Shown here: positions 1-11,000 of the stretch, in pieces
How the letters are laid out: each line of letters opens with the position of its first letter
Numbering within the stretch: position 1 is the first letter of the stretch
Source of the DNA: Bugula neritina
Taxonomy: Eukaryota > Animalia > Bryozoa
Length of the DNA: 64,000 bases
Direction: 5' to 3'
Assembly: GCA_964035545.1 (NCBI GenBank)
Contig: OZ037768.1
Span: 18,645,700 to 18,709,699 of the forward strand
Notes under the pieces: model-generated
Told to the model about the DNA's origin: nothing
The model's input: the letters and a program-made list of their open reading frames with translations, nothing else
Databases searched by the model: none
Made by a program: the position numbers and the translations under genes

Positions 1-64
1 CCAATGTGTCAGAAGAGGCACCAAAACCAGACAAGGAGGTGGAGCAAACAAGTTCTGCAAGTAC

Positions 65-2901
65 CTGTTCATGGTTATATCTTGACATGTTGCCAGTTCT
101 TTCAAACTCTGCCAATACATCTGCCAGTTTGTGTCCAGTATCTGCAGATAGAAATTGTCAAGAAAGCTTTATATTTAGAAAACTTTCGCAACACTGGCGT
201 AGCTAGGTGATGCAGATAGCCAAGGTGATATTTTTTTAAGGATAAATTGTTTATAAACACAGAAAAGCATATGCAATTTTATATCAGGACTTCAACGCAG
301 TTTGCAAAATACTTTATGGTAGTAAATTAGAAAAAACTTTTATTTAAAATGAACAACCCCACTTAGTAATGCTATGCAAGCAGAAGCAGTAGCCAGCAGT
401 ATATAGATGCCCGACATCTCCCAGTGCCATGTACTATGAAAATTATCAAAATAAATCTTGCTGAAAGCATTTTAAAGTAACATAAAATAAAATAATTGAA
501 GCAAGCAGCTGCCACAACAATGCAGCACTATCTATTACCCAGCACAGTACATATCCACAAATACTCCTCCAATATGATCATCAAGTACCCACTATGTTTT
601 TACAAACATCTAAATGCTGATTATTAGAAAGTGGGTGTAAAAATGTGAGTCTATTTTATTAAGACTGCAGTACTTAACATTTCCTATTGTAAATCTATCA
701 ATTAGCTAACTCAGCTAAAGCCAAGAAAATAATTACAACTATTGTTTCTGTGTTAGCAGCAGCTGGTTTGCAGCTTGTACTAGTAGTTTCTTTTAACAAA
801 CACTGCGTTGTAATAACATCTATAGTATAAGGCATGATAGGTTTAAAAAAACTGGCAATTGCATGGCAAAGTATAAACACATTAACACATTAGTACATCT
901 TTACGTACTACATATTTCGACAGCATGTAACTGAAAAGCTGGCAAGAGTTAAGCTAATCGTGAATAGCTGCTTTACAAACATATTACTGACAATGTATAA
1001 CCAGTGTATAAACTGTGCAGTTGCAGGACTTCTACAAACCTATTTTCTATAGTTTGTACTTTTGTAAATTAGAATGTTACTAGCAAAAAGCTGCCGAGGA
1101 GATTTTTTTAACCAGAGAAAAAATGTGGTTGGAATAATTCAGATTGCTTTACCAAAATAATAGAGTAACTCTAAAAATGCTTGTTTTTTAAAAAACTTGC
1201 TTCCTATTGGCTTATATTAAAGCATGCTTGTTATCTATCATTTGATTAGCTGGGCTGATCAGCTCCATATGCAGACCGCACTACTTCTGTGCACAGGTTG
1301 CACAATTCTGTCTGCACATCCTTTGAGACTGTCTGCTGCAAACGACTTACTGCTCAGAATACTGAGATGAAGTAGATACAGTTGAACTTAGAAACTAGGG
1401 ATGGTCACTAAATTTCCACAAAACATCATATCAAATAGGAAATATCAACTCCCAGTAGATCATTCGTCTGTAGTTTTGTAAAAAAGATCTATAATGATTT
1501 GTTCTGTAAATTACTTAAGAAAAATCATTAGAGAGTAAAATAAATAAATTACTATTAGTGCAGAGGGAATAGGGATGTTATAGATTCAAGATTTTGAAAC
1601 TAGCAATAGCATTATAATTGCTAAGGTTTCCTCATTGCATAGAGGAAAGACGTGATTGAGACGCTATTTATCTGAGAGTGGAGTGATGAAATACTCGTAG
1701 ATCTATTTATATAATGCTTGACTTGCACTGCTTTATATAGTTGTAGGAACATTATAAACCTGGATCTAATCAAATAAGGAGATAATGAGGATATATTAAA
1801 ACAATTGACTTGGTATTGCAAGCACTCACTCTGAGCCCATACAAAACATAATTCTGTCCAGTCTAGTTATCACATTGATATATTTTATGACTGTGCTTTT
1901 ACTAAAACATTGCTAGTGCTACTATGTGGTGGAGGTGGGAACTTAATGATAAGAAAATAGATATTCTTTCTTCTTAGTTTTAGAGGAGAAACGTCTTCAA
2001 TGTGACAGGTTGACACACCATAGCAAGTAGACTATAGCATCGTTATAGGAAATAATTGTAGCACAGCTTTTCATGACTATAGTACAAAATGCCTGCTGTG
2101 AATTTTAGTACTTAAACCAAATAAATCCTTAAAGAAAAATTACTATCACGGATACATCCAGGCATTTTTTAAATAAAAAATTAAATATATATCTACTAAA
2201 TGAACCAACATTTTGAAAATTTCCCTTTTAGTTAGTAGGTTTCATTGCTCACTGAAAAGTACAAGTTAAGAAAGTATAACTATACTAAATTTCTACTGTA
2301 AAACTTTGAAACTTGATAGCTATCACTAGAGCCATGATTATTTTATAATTATTGCAGGAGACAACTTTAACAATCACTACACCCCATATAATTTGTAGAA
2401 AATTTACATTTGAAATGGTAGAAAATTATATATAATTTTATGTTTTCACACAAAGCTTCTAGAGTTAACTATTTATTAATGGAGCAGGCCATTAATTCAT
2501 CATTACTTATCATTTGACAACATAACAACTAATAGACTATAGAGATGTCAGAATGATTATAAGTTACATAGGAGCTAATATATAATGTGACAGACCGTAG
2601 TCTGGGGGTTAGAGCAATTGGCTTAGTAAACGCAAAGTCATGGGTTCGAACCCTGGTAAAGACCATTGGTGATGTTAGGAAGAGCATCCAGTCATAATTG
2701 CTCCTGTGCCACATATGAATTAGTTCTTAACCCTTTCCATCAGGGGTTTCTCACAGGAATAGTGACTATAAACTTGCATGAGTTATAATGTGATAGGCCA
2801 GGAGTAATGTAAAACCTACATGAAACATATTCCTGAAGAGTGTAGAACTCAGATGGAGTGAGTCTGTAGAGAGGTTGGTGGTGGTCAACATCAGCACACA
2901 T
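65..2901 (-). CDS. Dgk: Type I diacylglycerol kinase (DGK alpha/beta/gamma family), first two coding exons; gene continues beyond the left edge
   Basis: Exon 2901-2820 (MCADVDHHQPLYRLTPSEFYTLQEYVS) and exon 141-65 (YTGHKLADVLAEFERTGNMSRYNHEQ) join in phase across a GT-AG intron. The peptide matches the recalled N-terminus of type I DGKs ([27 protein letters not shown]). Confidence 0.85.
2589..2784 (+). mobile_element. tRNA-Thr(AGT)-derived SINE copy
   Basis: A/B boxes (GGTTAGAGC...GGGTTCGAACCC) and TAGTAA anticodon loop; body GGAAGAGCATCCAGTCATAATTGCTCC shared with other copies in the window. Confidence 0.85.
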
Positions 2902-3361
2902 TGTGATGATACGCTGTCTGTAATTTTTTAGATAATCTAAAAATAGATTTACAAAGTAATAGCAGTTGAAAACTTTAGTTATAGAGTGTTGATCACTGTT
3001 CATCTTAAATAGAAAAATTGCTACGCTTTGCTTGAGGATTAGTGAGAAAAGTTATAGTAATTATAACATGCATGATACGTTACCAGATAATGTGGCCCAC
3101 TGAGAGCTTTTGATGACTTACATAAGTTCTTACACAATTACCCTTCAAAATGCAACTTAAATTTTAAACCTATCAGTTTTATCCAGTAGAAACTCAAACT
3201 TTTGACTCAAATAAGGACACTGGTTAATGTTATTATACCTGCACTGCATGACTACTTGTTTCTCAGGTAAACATTATAGCTGCCACAGCATGTTTACTAT
3301 TAGTCTGAAAGTCCCTTCTGTTATACCTGGCTGAATGAAGGGATACTGGACTATTCAGCTC

Positions 3362-3630
3362 GATTTTAGGTAAAAAACGGCACCGGTAATAAAGGCACAA
3401 ATGGAAAGGTAGGAAAAATGGCACACTGATGTTAAATTTTCCCAAACCCGAAACCCTCAACCCTTAAAACCCAACCTCAAACCTAAACTCGCATCCTAAA
3501 CACCCAACCTCACCTCAAACCCTAATTTTAAAAATGTGCCATTTTACCTACATTTCCATTTATGCCTTTATTACCTGTGTGTGCCATTTTTACTGTGCCA
3601 TTTTTACCTGTGCCATTTTTACCAGATACC
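3362..3630. mobile_element. Foldback/MITE-like non-autonomous element with inverted GGTAAAAATGGCAC repeats and a C-rich CCCTAA-like centre
   Basis: Left arm GGTAAAAAACGGCAC/GGAAAAATGGCAC, right arm repeated GTGCCATTTTTACC; a second copy lies at 56955-57247. Confidence 0.75.
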
Positions 3631-4031
3631 ATTTGGCTACCACTACAGAAACTTACTTATAGAAAAGTGAACTGATTACACAGCTACTCAAAAGAAAACC
3701 AAAGACATTCTTGAATATTTACAGTTTCTGGTTGACAGTTTATACTAGTTGAAAACAATAATATTTAAGCTATAAAGTTCTTCTGCATGGGATTGAATGG
3801 GTTGTCCCAAAAATCACTATGTTATAAAAGTCATATGATCTTCCAATCGTTGGGACTCCAAACCAAAAACAGCTTTGCTGTGAACACCCTTGAAAAAGGC
3901 ATAGTCTAATAAATAAAGCTGTTGATAAAACAACCAAGAAAACCTCATTTTTAGCTGTACAAAGAAGTAACAGCTTAAAAAGATGAGCAACCATAACGCG
4001 GAGTAGTTGAAAGTAGTTTGAATTTGCTTAC

Positions 4032-4155
4032 TTGCAGGTAACCTTCCACCTTGATTCCTAGTTTCGCTTTTCAAGTAGAGGACTTAGCATTCACCAGCTC
4101 ATCGTTAGTTACGCTGTTATTGTATATACGTGTAGAAGTTGAATAACTTTAAATA
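4032..4155 (-). other. Candidate non-coding 5'UTR exon of the DGK gene
   Basis: Minus-strand acceptor gttgcag and donor CAA|gtaagc; stops in all three frames; lies upstream of the DGK ATG exon. Confidence 0.35.
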
Positions 4156-5458
4156 CTGCAACAGCAACGTGTAGCTTTCTACTCTGCAGTAGGATTGACT
4201 GTACTGACTCAAGTAGAAAATAGCATCTGATAAATACTAAATAGCCAAGGAGTGCACATGTGTATCCAATATAGTAAGGATATTTGCTCACATTGTATTT
4301 AATGCCCACGCACTACACGGGCAATCTAGCTATCCATCAACGATGTCATGTGCTAAGTATTTTATTGATGAAAACTGTTTGAACAGAACTCAATTTACAT
4401 AATCATATAAATGTGTGCAAGCAGTGTACACTATTGAAATAGTACCCCCTAGATTTGGTAGTATGAGCAGTAACCATGTAGTAAATGTCATTAACGATGA
4501 TTTACAAGAACACAAAAATAGCAATTTAGTGGCTAGTGAGTAATATATTATGCATAGCGTGTTGCATAACAAATGAGCTCATTACTAAATATAATATTAT
4601 GTAGAGTGTGGACTATAGTATACAGCTACGTACAAGCAGCTGTGATGTTGGAAGCCAAGTAAGATGATGGTAGCACAGGCTACGATGATGTAAACGCTTC
4701 CCCATTTCATGAGCTCAGTGACTATAAATACTCAAGTTTGTTTTTAATCAATTCTGTGAACTACCTGAAATAAACCAGGTTTAAAAGTTTTGAGAAGATT
4801 CACCAATCTATAATTAGATCAAATGCTTATACCATCAGAAGACAGATCATTTGTTTGGTATGCTAAATAAGTGCAAGACAGTAGAACATGCAAGCTGTAC
4901 AGTCAGTGATTTGGTAGACAACAAGCCTAGATGCAATCTCTTCCCTTATGATAGAGGTGTTTGAATATGTACAGCCTTTAAACCACATTGTATGTTCAGC
5001 ATATTTAAAAAATTCATATAAGTGCTGACTAGTGTTTCAATATATTATACTAAATAATGAAAACAACAATGAGAACATGTCAGCAAATTTCAATGCTTGA
5101 GCTATTGTTACACAATATAATATTTATGTCTGATAATTGGAATAAGTTCTCAGTGACTACATGCAATGATTAGAATGATGCTAAAATGGTAATTTTTGAA
5201 GTTATCTATCCAATACAAGTGGAGAACATGAAGAAGAAAACTCCTAAGCTTTTGAGGTCTTGTAATTATGAAAAAATTAAAACTGATTGCAGTTATTGTT
5301 ATTGGAGAGTACACTAGATAACTAGAGACTAGCTGAGAAACAGTCTTTTTACACATGATGGTCGGTAGTTGCTTTTAGGGGGTATGTTAAAGAGAAAGGT
5401 CATATAGGGTAAGAGCCAAGGGGTCAGGTTATATAGGGGCAAAGGGTCAGGTTATATA

Positions 5459-6235
5459 CACGGGCTTTCCATGTACCGATCTCAGATCGATCTCGCTGAG
5501 ATCGATCTGAGAAATGTGCTCAGATCGATCGTTTTTCCATGAGAGTGTCAGATCGATCTCTCGAAGTTGCCTTCTCTTAAGTGAAGGATACTTTAAAAGT
5601 ATAATTTGTTCACCTATTTGAGTGATTAAAGCTACTACTGTTGAAAACAAGATGGTCGTAGTCTAAAATTTAATCCCAGCTATAAACTATACACAGCAAA
5701 GCTTTCAGTGTATGGTAATTTGGCCAATTTAAAATAATTAATTTTAATTTTTTAGCTTGACAGCTTATATAAAATTAATGGCTGTCTTGCAAATTATTAA
5801 TAAACTTACAGGACTGTTAGGCTTAAAATTACAAAGAAAATAGCTAATGAAACTAAGTTTTAATAGTCATTTAAATTCGATTTAAATTCTCTCATTTTTT
5901 TTACCTTCTACTGCATATAATTGAGTTTTCTTAATCATTGTACTGAAAGTCAAAGTTTTGGCATCTAAAAAGGTGGCTATCATAATTATTTAATATTTTG
6001 CTTAGTAATTATCAATAAGTTATCATTTTTATTAGCAGACAACATTGTAGCGCGCAGTCTTTTTATACTTCTCAGATCGATCTGGAGTCTTTCCATGGTC
6101 TTATTGACATGAGATCGATCTGAGTTCGAGCTCCACAGACCGACCAGCTCAGATCGACGGAGATCGATCTTTGGCGTCTTTCCGTGGATCGATCTCGCTG
6201 AGCTCGATCTGAGATCGGTACATGGAAAGCCGGTG
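5459..6235. mobile_element. MITE with 32-bp TIRs and subterminal AGATCGATCT repeats
   Basis: CACGGGCTTTCCATGTACCGATCTCAGATCGA at 5459-5490 and its inverse at 6204-6235 (1 mismatch); inserted into a GGGGTCAGGTTATATAGGG tandem repeat present on both sides. Confidence 0.85.
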
Positions 6236-7138
6236 GTAGGGGCAGGGGTCAGGTTATATAGGGACAGGGGTCATGTTATATAGGGACAATTAGAAATCGA
6301 CACCTAATGCAAGGTTTCTCATATTTTAGGTTCTAAACCAGGTGAGTGCAATACTTGCTGCTCGTTTTCAACAGAAATGATACTATTGAGAGTCAAACCC
6401 ACAATCTTCAAACGGAGGATAATGTGACCCCTAACTATATATCACGGCACTCTTCTTAATATTGATTTTTTCAACAGTTTGATAGAGTGGTGTATCATGT
6501 TATAAACTGGAAGCTTTCTATTTGGTCTCACTTAGCTACAGTTGCAGATATATAAGTATAAGTATAAAACTGGAGGGTAAAAGTATTACAAAAAAGTGTG
6601 TTTCAAAACTTACAAGGGCAGTGAGGTGGTTATTGTTTTCAAGGTTGAATATATCAAATACAGGTAAAACATGCAATGCTACAAGTTTGCAAACTATGCC
6701 AGGAAAAAGGCACTGGCTAAATTGTTCAGTGCATTTTGCAACGTTGTATGATTATCCGTAAGTACTAGAAGTACTGGCATATTGACTCATTTAATTGGAT
6801 AACTTTGTGTCCCATGGATATTGGCAAGTTACTATAACAATTATTAGAAATGATTATTAAAAATCAATTCCAGAATTATTAATCACATCAGGTTTAGTAT
6901 TATAAAAATTGCTCAAAGCTATTTAATATATCAACTATAATTTTACAGTAATTATATTGACTCTAAACCAGTTAAAACTATGATTATCAAATTATCAAAC
7001 CCAGCAACTATCTACCATTTATGAAAGTTTAAAAAAGTATTGCACATTGAAGTGATAATATACTTGCAAATCAGAATTCAGACTGACTCTAATTAGCTTA
7101 AGCCATACTCAAATTTGATTAGCAATTAGGTTGAATAG

Positions 7139-7854
7139 TGTAATAATTTTATGCGTAGAATGTTATGATTCGCTGCATGCAATTATTGGTGTGGGTTGTT
7201 AGCTGATTGAACACAGTGACTCTTTGTAGGAGGGTATTTATGCACAATAAATAAGAAATGTAATACTCACAATCCCCTTTATTTACTCCATAATATATAT
7301 AAATCCAAAAATAGCAGTTAGGGAGGACAACTCCTTACATGTATGGAAAACTTACTAGTAAATTGGTAAACAAAGTATAAGATAATTAACTAAGTGTGTT
7401 ATTGTCCTGGCTTGGTAGCTCCGAGATGTGTCCTGTTGTGCTGCTGGCTGAAGACTGACTCTACTGTGTTGAGGGCCTCCTTTTATACGTTGGGAAACAT
7501 TTCCACTAGAATGTTCCGAGCGAATTCGAGGGAATTCGCTCGAATCGCAGGGATTCGCAGGGCTAGAATAAAGGAATCGCTCGAATCGAGCGAACTTCGC
7601 AGGGAAATCCCGGTTATCTTGATTATATAAGTGTTCCTGTGAGCCGTCAGAAACAATAGCTAATCCAGTCACGTCAGTAGTAATAAGTAGCTGGGAATAA
7701 TAGCTAATCCTATCATTGCCAACTAACACTTAGCTGTTACAATACTATAGCTATGTAATGATGTATATCTAGGAAAACACGCATTCCATGGGAATGAAGT
7801 TAATAAGAATAAGGGAAATACAGCCTTAGTTATACTATACACAATTTTACCACA
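7139..7854 (-). repeat. 3' LTR (716 bp)
   Basis: Direct repeat of 14755-15470 (offset 7616); TG..CA termini; minus-strand AATAAA at 7278-7283. Confidence 0.97.
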
Positions 7855-7868
7855 CACTCCCCTCCATC
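7855..7868 (-). promoter_or_regulatory. Polypurine tract
   Basis: Minus-strand GATGGAGGGGAGTG abutting the 3' LTR. Confidence 0.85.
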
Positions 7869-8072
7869 AGAAAGTACAACCCCTTTCTGATATAATAAAA
7901 AAAATAATATAATAATAAAAAAAAAGGAAGAAAATAAAAGAAAATACATGTAAGGGAGTTCTGGAATGGCTAATCTAGTCACACAAACAAAAATATATAA
8001 GATAGAAAATGTTAAGGGATAATGAATTAATACACACAAGAATATATATTTACATAAAGAGAAGTGCCACCA

Positions 8073-11000
8073 TTAGGGTCGAGCGGGCTGCTCCAGGTCC
8101 TGCAGTCTGCGTCGTATGCGTCTTAGTTCCTCAGAGATCCTGTCCAGGCCACGATATACATCCTCCAGACTCTCCGGGGGCCCACGGTGTGTGTGCCTAG
8201 TAGTATAGGGAGTGGTACTACGCGGCCTCGGTGCGCCCTGTCTACGCCGTTCTCTTCTAGTTCGGGCCGTTTCTCGTGGCGTCCAGCGGTCTCCTTCTGC
8301 AGTAGCTTCGGCTCGAGTTACCACTACCCGGAGAGGCTGGGTGGGTGGCAACTCACAACTTGGGGGGTCTTCTGGCGGTTGAGTCTGACTAGTGGGTCGA
8401 CAGGCCGGGAACCCTTGGGACAACAGCTCCCTCTTCTTGGGATCGCTGATGTGGGGGAGAATCAGGTCCCTGAATTCTAGATAATTGTCTGCATCTACAT
8501 CAAAAATTCTGCCCGTGTGGCAGCGGCCGATACGTTGGTGCTTGAGCACGTAGTCACGCTGGAAGCTAAACTCCCCACACGGACAGAATGAGTTGACGTA
8601 ATGTTGTTGGACGTGTATCCGTAGTCGCCTGTGCGAGGTAAAGCTCCGCCCACAGGTGGGGCACTTGGTGTTGCTAGGCTCCCCACAGGCCTCAGCTATC
8701 AGGATCCGCGTCTTGGTGCTGGTCCAGTGAGACCGGGTGCTGAAAACGCGTGGTAATCCTAGCTCTCCAGCTCCTCCTAGTCCTTGAGGGGGGTCTGTAG
8801 TCTCAGATGAGGACAGGATAGACTGTTCCTCCCCTTCATCTAGTCCAATATCGACGACAGTGGCAGGGGTCTCTGTATCTCCCTCCATTACTTGTTCCTG
8901 GGGTGTCGCGATTTCGGAGGATCTTCCGAATGAGGTGAGAGTCGTAGAGGCAGGCTCTACGACTTTGTCGGTGTCAGGGTGTGCGCCGGACTCTTCTTCA
9001 ACATTCAGGTGAGTGGGTGTAATATCCATATTTGTTAGATGGCGAGAGATTAAATTCCGTGTGGCGTGTGTGCTTGCTGCGATTGGAATGAACGAAGTAT
9101 GCGTTCGTGGTTTATCGCGAGAGTCCCTCGCCTGGGTTTTTCCAACTTCGGGATCGGGTTTTTGTCCGATCTGGGTGAGGAACATCGAAGTGATCCCCTG
9201 CCGATATCGAGCCTCCCTGGTGGTGTGGTTAGGTGGTGAATAGTTGTAATACAAGGGGGGCCCTTCGTCCTCCGAGCTAAGGTATCCTTTCCCTATCTGG
9301 CCACAGTAATATTCCCCTAAGTACCCAGGAGGTCTTCGAGTCCTCTGGCTACGCCTTAGGCCTTCTGTGTCTGGCAAAGTGGCCTGTCCCCCAGGGTTGG
9401 TGGCTCTACTCTCTCCTACTTCCAGGGTAGGTGGGTCTAACCTCTCTGGTATGGCGGGGGGTGGTCTTACTGGTGGGGGCGCCTGAGGTGCTGGTTGCTC
9501 GGGGGGCTCTTGCACAGTGGGGGGTGGTTCTTGTGCTTCGGGGTTTCTCTCCGGTATGTTATAGGGAAGTTCCCACTCTCGGGTGGGGGGCGCCCTTCCT
9601 CCCCCGGTGGGTCGTCGTGCTGGCTCCAGGAGTGGTGGTGCTTGTCCTACTGCCCCAGGGCTGGCCCAGTACGGTTTTAAGCGTTTCTCGCTTTGGACGA
9701 AAATCTGTCCGGAGCGTTCTACGCGGTACGTGTGATTGGGTAGCACTTCGATGATGCAGTATGGTCCCACGAACTTGGGCTGTAATTTAGCCGACTGTCC
9801 GCGCTTCCTCCTGTAACTAATCATCCATACCCAATCGCCAGCCTGGTAGAGTGGGGGCTCGTCCGAGTCTTCCCCTCGCACTTGCCATTGTTTTTCCCTT
9901 AAGACCTCATGGGCCGTCCGCATCCTATCAACCAGCTCTCTCACGTATTCGTGGACAGGTCCCTCTGGGAGGGGGACGTGGTACGTGAGATGATCCGGGA
10001 CCCGCGTTTCCCGGCCTAGCATTAGGAAATTGGGTGTCTCCTGGGTGCTAGAGTGGGGAGTACTGCGATATGCACGCATGATCTGGGGTAGCACGGCGTC
10101 CCATTCTTCTTGGCTTTTCCCTAGTAGTAGACTTCTCAGGGCGTCCCCCAACATCCTGTTGTTGCGTTCCACTACGCCATTTCCTTGGGGGTGGTAGGGG
10201 GTGGTCCTACTTTGGTTGACCCCCCATACCCGACAGAGGTCCCTCATCAGCTGTGATTGGAACTGTGCCCCTTGATCTGTGTGGATCTGCTCCGGTAGCC
10301 CGAAATAGCAGAAAACGTGCTGATCTAAAGCTCGGGCTACCGTCGGGGCGGAGGCGTCCGGGATTGCCAAGGCATCTGCCCACCTAGTAAAATGATCCGT
10401 TAGTACCAGAATCCAGTTGTTTCCACGAGCGGACGTCGGCATGGGACCCACCAAGTCGACTGCCACTGTCTGCCACGGGCGACCGGCGTACAGCCTGCGC
10501 CGTCCCGTGGTCTCGGTAGAACGGCCATGCTTACTCGCCTGGCAGATTTCACATTGCCGGATCTGTAGCCTCACATCCCTTGTCATCCCAGGCCAGTACC
10601 ACCGCATCTGTAGGCACCGAATCACTCTACTGGTCCCCGCATGGGCTTGCTTGTGAGTCTCCCAGATGAGCTCTCTCCGGAGGGGGTGTGGGCACACAAC
10701 CCGCTCCCGTTCCTGGTGTTGCCTGTCTGCTGCCAAGGAGATGGTTAGCAATCCGTCTGAGTTGAATTTGAGGGAGTCCCAGCGGTGGCAGAACTGTTGG
10801 AATTCAACGCCCTTCTGCCGCTGCTCCTCCTCACCTGGCCGGCGCCCCTCCTTCTTGGCCCTGAATATCTCTCCCACTACCCCCGGCAGGGTTTCCTGTA
10901 ATCGGCACAAGTCCTGGACATTTCTGGCTAAGGTGGGGTTGACCCGAAGGGCCTGGACAGCATCTGAATGGACATCGGATTGCAGTCGGCCTTGTTCCCA

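Noticed and set aside
1350-1901. Possible extra DGK exons (11-nt microexon near 1351; 1830-1901)
   Set aside because: Incompatible phase, and DGK homology is continuous without them.
7355-7729. 124-aa and 78-aa ORFs inside both LTRs
   Set aside because: Non-ATG starts and no recognisable domain; duplicated only because the LTRs are identical.
8073-9310. env gene in the retrotransposon
   Set aside because: No signal peptide, fusion peptide or transmembrane segment; zinc fingers instead.
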